Shown one piece after another: positions 38,501-51,181 of a stretch of 64,000 bases of DNA; positions within the stretch are counted from its first letter, which is position 1, and each line of letters opens with the position of its first letter. Location of the stretch: NCBI GenBank assembly GCA_022605425.2, contig CM061246.1:1860001-1924000 (forward strand), read 5' to 3'. The position numbers were made by a program, and so were the translations under genes. Origin of the DNA: Hamiltosporidium tvaerminnensis FI-OER-3-3 (taxonomy: Eukaryota; Fungi; Microsporidia). Below the pieces are notes generated by a model. That model did no database searches. It had not been told where the DNA came from and saw nothing but the letters and a program-made list of their open reading frames with translations.

Positions 38501-40116
38501 GCATTTTCGAGTTCCTCTTCAGCTGCTTGTCTGTATGTCATTCCTTTAAGTTCGGGTGTTTCACTAATAGGCTTATCAACATCTCCGTTTGGTGCTGCGG
38601 CTAAAATTTCTCTTGCTTTGGCTCTGGCCATCGCACCTTTCGCTGCATTTCCAATTGAGTTGTCGTGATGCTGTGCAGCTTTATCCAATTCGCTGGCAAC
38701 TTCTGCATCGTGCAAGGCGGCAGCTTTCGATAGTCCTGCTGCTAAATTGGCATTTCTTGCGGCTGCCGCCCCTGCTACTCCTCCTAGGCCAGCAGCAATA
38801 GCTGGGTTGTGTTTAGCTGCGGCTGCATGTGCTATGTCTGCTGCCATGTGTGGATTATGAGCTCCAAGTGCACCCATTGCGCCTAAACCTGCGTTTCCTA
38901 AACCACCACTGCTTAATCCACCTGCGCCGATTCCTCCCGCACCCATACTACCACCACCTAAAGCCTCTGCTGCACCGCCTCCTCCCAGTTCATTCATCAT
39001 TTCTTGTTGTGCTACCGCTCTTCCAAGCATGTCGTTTGCTCTTGCTGCATTTCCTGCACCGAATCCTCCCATGCCTGCTGCATTTGCTGCTGCACCATGA
39101 TTTCCTCCCTTTGCTAGACGTGCAGCTGCCATTAGATTAGCTGCTCCGGCCTGATCTCCTTCATCAGCTGCTGCTTTTGCATTTCTTGCGTATTCAGCTG
39201 CTTCTAATTCGTTAGCTCGTTTTTGGTTGTATGCAGCCGCTCTTTTATGTGCGTCTGCAGCTCCTGCGTGTTCGGCAGCAGCGGCTTGGTTTGCAGCAGC
39301 ATCTCTTCCATAACCTCTTCCTCCTTGGGGCGATTGTCCGCCTAAATTTCCAGCTGCCATTCCTCTGTCTTGTGTAGCAGCTTTTCTATGTGCACCAGCT
39401 TCGTTTTCGTGTGCTGCAGCGGCTGCTTCGTTCATTCTGGCGGATTCTTCGGGAGATGGAAGTCTACGACCCATTCCATATCCTCCGGCACCTCCTCCGT
39501 ATCCTGCTCCCCCTCCATATCCACCGGCGCCTGCTCCATTTCCACCTGCGCCTCCTCCGTAACCCCCAGCAAGCCCTCCGTATCCAGCACCACCCATTCC
39601 AGCAGCACCTCCTCCATAGCCGCCAGCAGCATCTTCGGCTTCTCCTGCTGCAAGAGCTGCACCTACTGGTGAGGCACCTCTTCTCATTGCACCTTCAGCG
39701 GCACCAGCAGCTGCACCTGCTGCGGCTGCATTGTTCATTCCAGCTCCTCCAGCACCATGCATTGATCCTCCAGCTGCCCCCGCTGCTGCTCCAGAAGCTG
39801 CCCCTCCGTATCCTCCTCCTGCTTCCATTCCTGCTAATGCGCCGGCTGCAGCTCTTCCCCTATGCCCCCCTTCATATGCCATGTGAGCCAGTTCTCCTGC
39901 ATTTCCAGCAGCAGCCGCACCAGCAGCTGCACCCGCTGCTGCTTCAGGAGATTCGTGTCTTCTTCTTCTCCCTCTCCCTGAAAAAGGACTATACCCATGA
40001 TGTCGTCCCCCCATACCACCATACGGTGCTCCTAGTTCATCCAGAGATCCCAGATGTCCTCCTGCATACGGATGTGTGTATATAAACGATGTAAGTATCA
40101 AAAATAGTAGAAACAT
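35566..40116 (-). CDS. PTP3: Large secreted Gly/Ala-rich structural protein, probable polar tube protein 3
   Basis: Signal peptide, no Cys seen, Ala/Glu-rich acidic core, basic N- and C-terminal regions and 1516-aa length. This fits the described PTP3 architecture; the assignment rests on architecture, not alignment. Confidence 0.6.
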   Translation of the reverse strand: MFLLFLILTSFIYTHPYAGGHLGSLDELGAPYGGMGGRHHGYSPFSGRGRRRRHESPEAAAGAAAGAAAAGNAGELAHMAYEGGHRGRAAAGALAGMEAGGGYGGAASGAAAGAAGGSMHGAGGAGMNNAAAAGAAAGAAEGAMRRGASPVGAALAAGEAEDAAGGYGGGAAGMGGAGYGGLAGGYGGGAGGNGAGAGGYGGGAGYGGGAGGYGMGRRLPSPEESARMNEAAAAAHENEAGAHRKAATQDRGMAAGNLGGQSPQGGRGYGRDAAANQAAAAEHAGAADAHKRAAAYNQKRANELEAAEYARNAKAAADEGDQAGAANLMAAARLAKGGNHGAAANAAGMGGFGAGNAARANDMLGRAVAQQEMMNELGGGGAAEALGGGSMGAGGIGAGGLSSGGLGNAGLGAMGALGAHNPHMAADIAHAAAAKHNPAIAAGLGGVAGAAAARNANLAAGLSKAAALHDAEVASELDKAAQHHDNSIGNAAKGAMARAKAREILAAAPNGDVDKPISETPELKGMTYRQAAEEELENAERAEAHARNGDLAKMEEAAAAMGREAPRAGEAGLKAALEAKANGATDVEAAAAARAAAERENRRAGAKYNPQEEEDAEKALEAAKQARAAARAAGASDAETAVAGERAAARVAAEARARDAAKAARDAAEDAARTQEALDMAEAAEKGAAEGQAAALAKRAVDHEQAALDAGATKEQAEAIGARVAAESAVPVANELLPVPFVEPPIVPVLTKEPIYIPDEEAIALEEAAREAGLAEAARASQEMADRDEIAARAAGAADRRMNELLADKERQKAAEIAAQINMANEGVPITPRPLIPPRPEEWDKEIESGIAADLTSNDIPPPLLDKNTELGIIGTVPDDTSSVDIRNGKMDFPLKTFNDPPANNEVEGAAKRKRNQLKDDLRNKITKKKFDSPLNVIEGEDGNLNIPESAEKIDIEDGRVYFDESAKPDMEKDNIDTSKLVHMINTGERKDIPIGRGYYVADASGTEMEVPSPRNADPVHMLVDKNGNKLDISRATGLDIAKGALKMEPWSKYSKRLRPTINTPVRVQRSADPEVNELRKKIAQLDNTTAEVITNPSGRSYVKLVPPYGVAEQVPLSDALVNITHVPEKVVKEAGQEGVGIIQGTDTLPLEEKEEEAKKSTSLNITEGKPGKESYEEVISKKGLEESVTDPTTSEIINVRNAFNHLPVESKEIIIASASRPLNDEDVDTIKNKQLVTQKVVSVGDTVIDGLKHKKQDLSKSLNIGEEEFESKVSGFDKNIINTFIKTYNTPDSYKNYLNLKEEISRVFGDNSSYIESMVLYLIGNTLGQSITVPAPTKKKVTVTETKYVMQPRQINKTVYMPVKVSEKRTVENHPGVKGLTSKITGKRTKDGPITKTVKQVGKGGGKGGVTYTSYTVPKGGVGSTYKVINGNTNPQSVKVSNKVNNVPVTRPATSTTPSVTTYQYAGGNGYPHSVTRVVTPYNVSTPTVKGSYKVPGKIRSIVNGTPSRVISNRK

Positions 40117-41029
40117 GCAGTACGGTGTTTCTTCGTTTAAATAGATATTTTTTTAAGCTGAAGCAAACCGTGTAGCGAGATTAGATATGTGAATGGATAT
40201 GTCGCAAAATTTAGATGTGATTTTGTTTCATCCCAATTATAGTGTAACGACATTAAATGATAGGTTTTTCATACACTTATACGTTTCTATTACATGGTTT
40301 ATTTCTATAAGTATTAGGTTAGGCAACAATTCTAAATTTATTTTTTTTTTGTTTCAAATTTCTTATTTAACAGAAATTTTAGAACTTTTCATACCTAAGT
40401 TAGATACCAAAATTATAAAAAATAGAAAAAATAATAAAATGCCTTTAGAAAAAAATATTTTTTTATAAAAAAAGATTTTTTATTTATTGTTTAAATTATA
40501 AAAAATCGAAAGAATATTAAATTTTTTAGATAAAATTGAAATTTATTGTTTGAAATTCGACTAAGATTATAAAAAATAGGAAAGAATATTAAATTTTTTT
40601 AGAAAAAAATATTAAAAATTTATTGTTTAGCTTTCTAAGAAAATTAAAATATTCTTTCCTATTTTTTATTCATTTTTCTACCCATTGCTTGTTTTATTTA
40701 TCCTGTTTTTTATATCAGAATATAGAAATTTTAAATTGTATTGAATTATCATAAATTAACTTTTTAAAAACTAATAAATAAATAATAAAATATAAAAACA
40801 CATATAATTTTTTAAAAAGAATTTTTCCCAAAAAAAGTCTTTAAATTTGTATTTAATATTTTTAATTGGTTTTTTATATTTTATGAAACAACTGTTTTAT
40901 GTTTTATAAATGTTTTAAATTTGATTCATACAATTCAAAAATATTGGTTTTAGATTTTCATATTGAAATATTCATTTTTTTTTTATTTTTTATAAAATTT
41001 ATAGTCAATTGAATTTTTATTTTATACTT

Positions 41030-41305
41030 TTACTAAATTTATAAAGAACTTCATTTAAAAATTTCTATAAATTTATTAGGAAATTTCAGTTTAAATATTT
41101 CTAAAAATTTATGAAGCATCTTCGTTAATATTTCTCTATATTTTTTAGGAAATTTCAGTTTAAATATTTCTGAAAATTTATAAAGAACTTTAGTTAAAAA
41201 TTTCTATAAATTTATTAGGAAATTTCAGTTTAAACTTTTCTATAAATTTCTATATTTTCTATAAATTTCTGTATTTTCTATAAATTTCTATATATTTCTG
41301 TATAG
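41030..41305. repeat. Degenerate AT-rich tandem repeats
   Basis: Repeated TAGGAAATTTCAGTTTAAA and TTTCTATAAA units. Confidence 0.65.
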
Positions 41306-41821
41306 TTTTATTTGCAAATTTTAGGTAAAAATTTTTAAAAATATAAAATTAAAAATAGAAATCATTTATATGTATCTAATAGGTAATATTTACTGAAAAA
41401 AAAGAGTTGAATTTTAAATTTTAACTTAGTTTTATAATATTTAATTCCGCAAAATTTTAGAGTTAAATTTTATATTTTAACTTAGTATTTTAAATATTTA
41501 AACACTTTTTTTTTATAAAAATATAAAAAAATTTTACTTTCTTATAAATCTTAAGAAATATCATAAATGGTACAACAAAGTATTTTAAAAATATAATTTC
41601 TACAAAGTAACATAGATTTGATTAAGTACCCTTTTATTTTATCATAAGAAGTATCATATTGGATAGAAGAAAGTATTTAGAATAAGAATATCATATAATA
41701 ACATAGAATTTTATTAAATACTTTTTTATAAATAAATCGTAAAAAGTGTTTAAAATATTAAAGAACGTATTTAAAATAAGAATATACTCTAATTGCATAG
41801 AATTTCATTAAATCTCTTTTA

Positions 41822-43198
41822 TTAATCCAAATATATTCTAAAAAAATTTTGAGGTAATTCCGTATAAATAAAATGATAAAATTCTTTTCTTTTTTCTTGA
41901 ATTTTTTTTAAACAATCATTTAATGAGGTTTCCATTTTTATGATATAAGATTTTAATATTGGATTTAGTGAACAAGAAATCATTATTGTTGATTTAATTA
42001 TTCTATTAAGAAAAATTGTATAGTCATTCATTATAGCCACTAAACATTCACAGGAAGAGGTGTAATTCTCTTTGTATATTAAAATATTTTGATTTAAAAA
42101 ATCCAAAAAACTGTTTTTAAATTCAGAAGTATTTAAAATTAAAAGTTTATCTTTGAATTCTAAATTATTTTCACATTTAAAAAACGTGGAAATTAAAAAA
42201 GTATAAATATTTTGAATTTCTGTTATTTTTTTGGTAATTGTGAAAAATGTGTTTTCAAAAGAGACAATTGCAGAATTTATAAAAAAATTTAAACGATCTA
42301 AATCAAATTTTGAAGGAAAAGTTTTGGAAATTTCAATATCATCTGTTAAAAAATACGATGCACTACTATCTAAGTTGTTTAAAGTATTAATTTGATTTAA
42401 TAAATCTTGTGCAAGATTTCCATGATTCTTTTGAGAAAGTAAAAATTCGAAATCAAAAGAATAGTAAGAATTCTTTATAAAGTCAGTATATTTTTGAATG
42501 TTTATTTCAAGTTTCTTTAATATTTTTAAATATTCCTTAAATTTCAACTGAAATCTGGCACAACCAGACAAATTCATTTCTTTTCTTTGCTTTGATTTTA
42601 ACACATTCGCCAAATAAGAACTGATTTCTTCTATTTTTGAACTTAAGGGATATTCTAACCTATAAAGTTTTAAAAGATTTAATATTTCACACAAATTTAA
42701 AAACATTTCATTTTTGGTTTGAATCAACTGTACAACAAAATTATTTTTTATAGAAAACAAATTACATGGTAAATTTATAGCCATATTATCAACATAAGTA
42801 GACAAATTTTCAATGTTTTTATAAATTATTGCAAACTCATTCATCGCTCTATAATAATCATCTAAATTTTTTTGAAATTTGTCTAAGAATGTATTTAAAT
42901 CTGCTAGCCATACTATTTTTTGTAACGGATCCAATTTATTTTCTAAATCTTCGTTACTAAAATGATAAAATTTAATGATCCCTTCATTAAGTTCATCTTT
43001 AAAAATCAAAATAGTTTGCGTGAAATTCTGCATCCATAAAATACCTTTGTTTATTTTATCTTTGTTTTCTAATATATTTTCAAAATATTTATTTGTCTCT
43101 TCGTTATTAAGATAAGCTTCCTCAATATTCAAATTTGAAAAATGTAAAGTTTTAAAAAATAAAATAAAATATGGGATATGTATTGACATTGGGTTCAT
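41822..43198 (-). CDS. Hypothetical protein, probably secreted and helical
   Basis: 458-aa ORF with a hydrophobic N-terminus; no motif recognised. Confidence 0.75.
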   Translation of the reverse strand: MNPMSIHIPYFILFFKTLHFSNLNIEEAYLNNEETNKYFENILENKDKINKGILWMQNFTQTILIFKDELNEGIIKFYHFSNEDLENKLDPLQKIVWLADLNTFLDKFQKNLDDYYRAMNEFAIIYKNIENLSTYVDNMAINLPCNLFSIKNNFVVQLIQTKNEMFLNLCEILNLLKLYRLEYPLSSKIEEISSYLANVLKSKQRKEMNLSGCARFQLKFKEYLKILKKLEINIQKYTDFIKNSYYSFDFEFLLSQKNHGNLAQDLLNQINTLNNLDSSASYFLTDDIEISKTFPSKFDLDRLNFFINSAIVSFENTFFTITKKITEIQNIYTFLISTFFKCENNLEFKDKLLILNTSEFKNSFLDFLNQNILIYKENYTSSCECLVAIMNDYTIFLNRIIKSTIMISCSLNPILKSYIIKMETSLNDCLKKIQEKRKEFYHFIYTELPQNFFRIYLD

Positions 43199-43357
43199 AG
43201 GAAGAAATTATTTTTCTAAATATAAGTATTAAATCAAATGTTTCAATCATTTAAATTAAAAATATTTACTAAATATAGAAATACTCTGGCTTTTAGTAAA
43301 TAAATGAAATATATGATAGCATTTAAAAAACAAAAAAAAATTGTGTAAATATTTTAA

Positions 43358-44082
43358 ACTTTATTTAAAAGTATCACATCTTTTTTAAAATAGTGGCAAG
43401 TGTTATATTTGTTTTCATGACATTAATGCAGTTCTAGGTTTAACATAAATAACTGCTACCCTAAAACTCTATCGGACACTTCTGCGATACCTACGACCCA
43501 AAGCCTTTCATCTACCAGGTATGTAGAACCTAATTACTAGACGAGGCAGTTGCCCAGAGTTCGTTAATGTCCGTTGCATGAAGTGTGATCGAAGGCCTTC
43601 CCCGGACACCTCCAAGACCATGCAGCATTCCCACTTACTCTACACTTTCTGAATCCAATAAACCTCTGGCTAAGATATATTTCGAAGGCTTACATGAGGT
43701 CCATTTAGATAGTGCAATGCCATACCAACAGGTATAACCTGCTACTTAGTTCTCACGGATTTTAATGGATTTTATTTTTATATCTCCTAGGCGCTAAGTC
43801 TTCTAACCCAAGTAAGAAAGTATAGGCTTCTATGCTTTTACATGGCAATTACCTACAGGTCCAACCGCTGCCTACAATCTGGTTACATAAAAAACTACGA
43901 AATAAATTTGTGAAAAAAGTTTCGCCATTTCGTAAACCTTCTCCTCCTCATAACAACCCCCAAAGAACAACCGAAGATGTAGTGTGATTTTATTCCCACC
44001 AAAAATATAAAAAAAGATTTCACCCTAATTTCATCTACTCATTACCAAGGAGATATTTTTTTTGAACGATATCCTCCTCCCT
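43358..44082 (-). mobile_element. 730-bp structured element, full-length copy
   Basis: Its reverse complement aligns end to end with 59108-59840. Confidence 0.93.
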
Positions 44083-44154
44083 TTACTTCCTTTTTCATAA
44101 AAAAAAAATATTTAAATTATGTAATCTTAAGATATTCGTAATTATACAACCCTT

Positions 44155-44970
44155 ATGAGCACAACATTCACTGAAAATATATTGAGTATGGATGCAGATG
44201 CACAAGAACATAGAATGTTGGCTACTACGGCTGAGAAGCTGATTAAGATTTATACAATCGATAATGATCAAATAAATCCAGAGTTCGAACTAAAAGGTCA
44301 TGATGGACCAGTGACATCCGCAAAATTTATTAACAAAGGTGAATTAATAGCTTCTTGTTGTTTTACAGGGAAAGTTATTATTTGGAAATTGGAAGGAAAT
44401 TCCTACAACAAAAAATTTGAAAGGAAAATTTTTGAAGGTTCCTTGAATTCCTTATCAGTAAAAAATATTGAAAATGGATTTATAGTGTTTTGTGCGTGTA
44501 GTGATGGAAATGTAAGAACTTTACAATTTGATTTTTCTCTAAACTATTCAGAAGACTTGTTTTTTGCTCATAGATTTGGTGTGACCTGTATTGATAATAA
44601 TGACTTGTATGTTGTTACTGGTGGTTTGGATTCAAATGTGACACTTTGGGATTTAAAAGAAAAAAAAGAAATCGAAACATTTTCTGACCATAAAAAATTT
44701 GTTAGAGCCGTTGCTGTTTGTCCAGCCAACGAATTTAATATTTTAACATTTGCAAGCTGTGCTGAAGATGGTAGTTTAGTGATTTATAGTCGAGAGGATG
44801 ATTGTATTGTCAAACAAATTATTGAAATGGGTTCACCCTGTTATTCAGTATCTTGGAGTGCTTCTGGATTTTCTTTATGTGTAGGATACGGGGATTCATT
44901 TTTTAAAACATTTGTTCCTGATGTAAGTGGTAAGTTTAAAGAAGTAGAAATCGTATCCAATGAAAAATAA
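44155..44970 (+). CDS. SEC13: COPII/nuclear pore WD40 protein Sec13
   Basis: ELKGHDGPV, VIIWK, CACSDG, AHRFGV, VTGGLD, DHKKFVRAVA and VSWSASG pattern of Sec13. Confidence 0.85.
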   Translation: MSTTFTENILSMDADAQEHRMLATTAEKLIKIYTIDNDQINPEFELKGHDGPVTSAKFINKGELIASCCFTGKVIIWKLEGNSYNKKFERKIFEGSLNSLSVKNIENGFIVFCACSDGNVRTLQFDFSLNYSEDLFFAHRFGVTCIDNNDLYVVTGGLDSNVTLWDLKEKKEIETFSDHKKFVRAVAVCPANEFNILTFASCAEDGSLVIYSREDDCIVKQIIEMGSPCYSVSWSASGFSLCVGYGDSFFKTFVPDVSGKFKEVEIVSNEK

Positions 44971-47900
44971 AATGTTGACTATAATTTTATATTTTAAAAT
45001 GTTAGTTTATATATTTCTTTTTGTATTTGAAAAGCTGGTAAAATATAAAATTTCATTCGATTGGACTTTCAAAAAAAAAATTTACTGTAGAACTTTTAAT
45101 CAAAAAAAATTCTATTTCGACGAAAAAACTAGTTTTTTTTCAAAAAAATTATTCTAATAAATTCAAATTTAAATACTTGAAATAATGTACCAATAAAAAA
45201 AATAAATATATTTGTATTTATGAAAGATTTTGGATTAAATAAGCATAATAACCAGAAAAATAGAAATACTAAAAAAGTAAAAAAAAATGAAAAATCCCTC
45301 ACACTAATAAAATTTTTCCATCCAATTGAAGATTTTTTGACGTTGCGATGTTAAAAAGACACAAAAATACATACTTAACGGTTCTTTAAACGCAATAAAA
45401 AGCATCTTGTTTAATTCAAGGTTTTATGGAGCAAATTAAATCAGAATCGTAATTTTTTTAAAGAAACTACGACTAAACATAAATTTATAAGGTAAGACAA
45501 GCCGTGTTTTTCTAATTTTAGTTTTAAAGAAAGAAAGTAAATTTCAATATCATGAAACTTTAAAAAATTATTGAATTATTGTGTGATTAAATATTAAAAA
45601 AAGGTGTAGATAAGAAAATTACAAATAAATAAACAACCGGTACAATAATACATCTGATTTACTCAAATAAATATGAATGTGTGTATACTAACGAATTGGA
45701 TCTTATTCTTTTTAATAACTCATCAAAAATGTGCATTCGAGAATAATAGAGAGATTTTATATTCATAATTCTTAGAATACTCATTAATGAGACAGTTATA
45801 TATTATTCATAATCAAGTAAACAATATTGGGTTGGGAAAATCGAAATTAATTCATGAGAGATATTTTAACTTTTATAAACCGAGAAATTAAAGAAGTATT
45901 GCTTTCTGAAAAATCAGTTAAGTTTCGTTTAAAATTTATTGTCAAAATAATCGCTTTTGTGATACCTTGGATAAATGAACGTATATGTTTTTTTGAAGAT
46001 GGATAAGAGACATTCAAATCGTTTATTTTAATCTATTAAGAGGACTGGCTCACTATCAAATGCCAATGCGAACTTAGAAAGATCATCTGAAAATAAATAC
46101 ACAAAACATAGGATACAAACAGCCATGTTTATACTGCAATACACATCATTGAGCAAGAAAATACCTCAAAAAAAATTAATTAGTCTCAAACTGTAGATAA
46201 AATAACCGAAATCAAACCATGAATTCACAATTTAGAAAAATTCAAATAAAGAAAAATAGGTGATATGGTGAAAGATAACTAATGATTAAACATATCTTGT
46301 TTTATGTTTTGGAAAGATTTATTTTTATTCTTTTTTACTATCTAGACATTAAAAAAATATAAAAACGTGTGTTTATTGAGAGAAAATATATTTTTAACAA
46401 TTTGTTGGAAGTTTTAAAATATTGAAACCATCTTTCTAATAAATATTTGTCTAGAAAAGGTAGAATAATTGCCTTCAACATAGTTATTCATCTAATTTTG
46501 CGAAAATTATTATAAATTGATTTCAGAATATTTATTTTGGCAAATTTATAATTTTTTAATGGTTTTCGCGTCTTTTAGCAAATAAACATATGGTTAGTCA
46601 TTTTTTCCAAATATATTTTCTTTGAAAGACTTTTTATAAGTTTATATGGCAGCATGGTACATAAGAAAAATATTTTAAACCATGCTTATTACTTTTAACA
46701 TTTTTTTTTCGTTTGAAAGTTCCAATTTATAAACAGAAACAACCTAAACGCGCATATTGTTTTAGTTTAGCCCACAATTTACAATTTTTTGCTGATTTAG
46801 AATATTTTAGCATTGAAAAATAAAAAGGAAATATAAATTAAAGTAGATTTTTTATTCAAACTTTGGGAATATCTCATCCAGATTCTGTTCAATCGTATTT
46901 TGAAATATGGTTTCAAAATAGTTTACTATAAGAGGTTTAAGTTGATCTGCTAGGTACAGAATAAACCCGTCTATTCCCAATTTACCCACATTCAAAGGAT
47001 TAATATGTAATTTTGATTTCATAATATTATCTTCTTGCGTTTCTGACAGGTGATATTTATAATTCCAAAATGAAATGCCTATCTGATAAAATATATCGGT
47101 TAATATTTCTATAAAATAATAATTTTTTACAAAACTATTAAATAGAAACTCGGCTTGTATATTTCCAACTTTATCAGTTTTGTAAAATTGATATAAAATA
47201 TTCAAAGTACATAAATTAACAACCGGAGCAGAAGTAAGAAATTTTTGTTCAATATTCTAAATTATTGAGGTCAATAAAAAAGCCATCACATCCAATATTA
47301 AATTCTTCTTTTCTACGGTTCATAGTTTCTAGGTTAAAAGAACTAAATTTTGTTTCTGCTTCATAAATTCTTTTTTGAATTTCATCATAAAATATAGAAT
47401 ATGACTCGCTTGTGCAGTTCGGTTCTTTTTTTTAAGGACTCAATCGATATCTTACATTTTTAAATGATGATTTCTAATACCGTATTTTCTAATAGATAAA
47501 CTAATTTATCTATAATATTCCAGTAGCAATCAATTGGCAACTCTGATTTAAATTCACAAAAATCTTTTGGACTATTCCGCAAAATATTCATCAACTCAAG
47601 AAAATGTTTTTCAAGATGTGGTGGATATTTCTTAACGGCATTCGTTAATATATTTTCCAGAATCCCATCATTATCGTGATAAAATCCACCACCTAGTATA
47701 AACTAAGTTAGATTGTATGAAAATAGATTAATAAAATACTTATTGGTTAGTAAATGACGTTAAATATCAACAGGCGGGGTTTTAATCTCGGCATTCAAAT
47801 CGTATGTTTCTTTTGATGTCAATATTTACTTCAAAAACCAAATCTTAAAAACTAATGTACCATTCAAACAAAGCATCATGGATTTAAAATATTTTTTTTA

Positions 47901-49199
47901 AAAAGAGAATAATTTTCTATTTTAGTAAATATCATGGCAAGAATTACAAAAAAAGCAAATTATTTTGAATTTTTTTTAAAAAGTGAATAAATCAAAATGG
48001 TTTACAAATGCAATGGTTTATTCGAATAAAATAATAATAAGAGTTTACAATGTGGATTAGCAATACAATAGATCAACTTAAGTTTTAAAAATATAACAAT
48101 TTTTTAAAATATTTGTGCTCATCAAAACTAGAGTGCGTCCAATTTACATTTCTTATTGTTACTTTCGAATCTACTACGATAAATACACTTGAAAAAAATT
48201 GTTGGTTCATTTGTATCTGAGTTTAGTTTCAAAAAATTAAGAAATGGACTCAGTTGAAAAATATAAATTAAAGTAAAAAAAATTTTGTGTTTAAATATTT
48301 CTTTTTTATAACTTGTATGACATAGTTTTCAAGTTCTAGAGAAATCATAGAAAATATGAATGCATACATGTGTATTTGAAATAAGAACATTCGTAGTATT
48401 GCATAATAAATAGATCAATAGATTAAATTATTTTCCTCTAATTAAGTTGAAAAATATATTTAATATTCAATGCTACAAAGTTCGTATACATACATGTAGA
48501 TACAATTTTGTTCAAAAAAACATAAATAAAATCAATAGCCCTGTACAACATATACAGTTCGTTAAATTAAAAATCATTGATTATTTTCATAAATTCAGAT
48601 CATGAATCATTATGTAGCAGATACGAATTATACTAAAATGATTGAATAGAAATAAAAGAAAAAAAGCAAAAATTTCGGAATTGACGCTGTAAACTATTGT
48701 TTTAAGAAAACGTATAATACACTATGTATAATGGGTTGTTCCTTATATTATCTGTATATCATTAAAAAAAGTAATATTTTATGTTAACTGTTAATTTAAA
48801 TCTGTTAGAATAAAATTGAAGTTTTAAAAATGTTTTTAAGACTATAATTTTAATTATTGTCTCTATTTCTAAATAAAATATCTTTGTAGATTATATTCTC
48901 ATATGAATTTGAATGACATGTGATGCAAAATCGCGCAGAATTGTAGTAGAACTTCAATACCTATAAAAAAATTAAAAAATAAAAATTATATTATAAAAAA
49001 TGAATTACATCTTAATTTTACTATTATATACTTTTTTTTTTAATTTTGGCATAGTCATATGTTGATAATACACATGCTTGTTTTCGAGCTTACTCATATG
49101 GAATTTATTTTGACAATAAATTAAGAAATTTACAAACCAAAAACTTGATAGTTTTAAAGCAGCTTTATACTACCTTATATTAAAAATATATAGATAGAT

Positions 49200-50450
49200 A
49201 TTGGCTATACTTATCTGAAGACCTATAAAATACCAGAGGCAGTTTTCTTTCGACAATTCAGCTTTTATTTTTATAAAAACCAACCATTTTTTCTCTTCTT
49301 TCTTGTATCTTTGTATGAAAAAACTCTTGGAAAGTAATCCTTAATGAATATGATAGATAATACAGTAAAAAACGATAAAATATTCACTATTTTCTTAATC
49401 ACGCGTTCCTATACTTCATCACATTCCTTTCATAGCTAAAAAAGCTGACTTATAAATTCAAATTATTATCTAATGGTATACTTTTTGTTTGTCAACTAAT
49501 TTCAAAATTATATTCGATTGTTGTTTCTCTGGTACATTTCCCATACTTCTCAATTTTCGGTTTTATGACTACTAGGAGAAATTTTTCACCTCTATTATTC
49601 TTACAAATACCCGCATTAGGTTGAATATAAATGCATCTGTTTTATTTCATACGATGCTTAAATAGAACTTTTACAAATTTCGGCTGATATTTGTTCGAAC
49701 CAGATGATGCATTCGCTGTTTTTATTGAAACGAATTGATAAACCTTTAAACCCGGACTTTGTTTTGAGATGTTATGATCTTTCTCTTAAAAACCTAAGAT
49801 TATTTAAACATCGAAATTCTGTATATATTGGAAAAGTAGATTCCCGACTTTTATCTCATTGTAAAATAATCGGAACACTTCATATTGAAACATATACTTT
49901 AAGAAGATTTAATACTTTCGAGCATTATATTTCAAATGCAAATAAAAAGAGAAATTTTAAATAACAATCTTAAACCTTTACATGACATTTCCAATCCATT
50001 ATTTTAATTGGTATTATTTCTCAGATCAATACAACAGTTTTGCACGACATGTCCTAGAAGTCGTGAAACGATTTGTATTATTTGAGAGTTTTTGCTCAAT
50101 CGCTGAAAATTTCTTAAACGTTAAACAGTTTCAGACTCTTTCGTTATTTTTTTCGATTTGAAATTTTATTGGTTCTACATTTGTATTTTCTTACATCGTC
50201 TTTATTTATTTTTAGTTAAGGTTTAACTTTATTGAATGTATCTTGCCGAGTTTTTAAATTTCAATAAGTTACCGTCTCCTTTATAAATGCTTTCGTCTCC
50301 TTTATAAAACAATCTTTCGTTTATTGATGCGATAGGTTTTGCTTTGTGTAAGTAAATTCTTGTTCCTGAACGAACTAGACTGCTTATTATTTCTTCCCGC
50401 TGTAATATTCTATCCTAATTATTTTAATCTCTTTTAAGTAAATGTTTCAG
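49200..50450 (-). mobile_element. Possible decayed hAT transposase relic
   Basis: Minus-strand remnants resembling AMKG and CII(H).. near 49330-49440. Weak. Confidence 0.25.
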
Positions 50451-50943
50451 CCATTGATTTTTACTAAATTTCTCCAAAAACCATATAAATAAAATATAAT
50501 AATAGATTAACATCGAAAAGTGCTGCAGATAAAAATGGATTATAAATATTACTTCTGGTTTTTCCATTGCATAAATATAAATCGTTTATATTTGAAAGAA
50601 TGCTTTATTTTTATAAAATCAAAGTTTTTCTAGTTATAATCAAATAGAACTTCTCTACTACTCTGTCACCATTCCTTAGTTTCTCAATCTTGCATATTTT
50701 CATCCAAAATAAACATAAAATCAATATAATGAGTGAGAAGTTTATTCATATTTTTTTAATATATATTGCCTAGGTTGTGATTTAAAGTGTAATCCCATCT
50801 TGAGCTACCTAAGAAAAGCTACATTCCGACTTATTTTAAACTTTTTAGGAAAAATATATTTCAGTAAAGATTTTTTCGGCAATTTACACGGGGTTCCATT
50901 AAGGCGTTGTCATTTTGTAAAACTGGTATAACCACTTATTTAG

Positions 50944-51181
50944 CATTCATCCTCATTGGAGATAGAGCCCTGCACGAGCGCTGGACGCAGTTAATAATAC
51001 CGCTTACCGGTATTTTTCCAGTGGGGTTGTTTACTTTTTCGGGTTTCGTAGCAAGTGGTTTTAAAAGGTGGGTTGTTGGCTTTACGCCTAACCTCACCCC
51101 GTAGGACCAGTCTCCTTTAGTGGCCTTTTACGCCAAGCAAAGAATACCAAAAGCCAATTTGCTTCCAGGGTAGTGAGGAAG
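50944..51181 (-). mobile_element. RTE-type SINE, headless copy
   Basis: Homologous to 11499-11730 and 21228-21460. Confidence 0.75.

Noticed and set aside
36377-40085. Many overlapping ORFs, mostly antisense, within the 1516-aa gene
   Set aside because: Shadow ORFs produced by GC-rich Ala/Gly codon repeats.
45450-47900. Coding-like decayed sequence, including ORF 46852-47205
   Set aside because: Probably transposon or gene relics, but no motif could be assigned with support.
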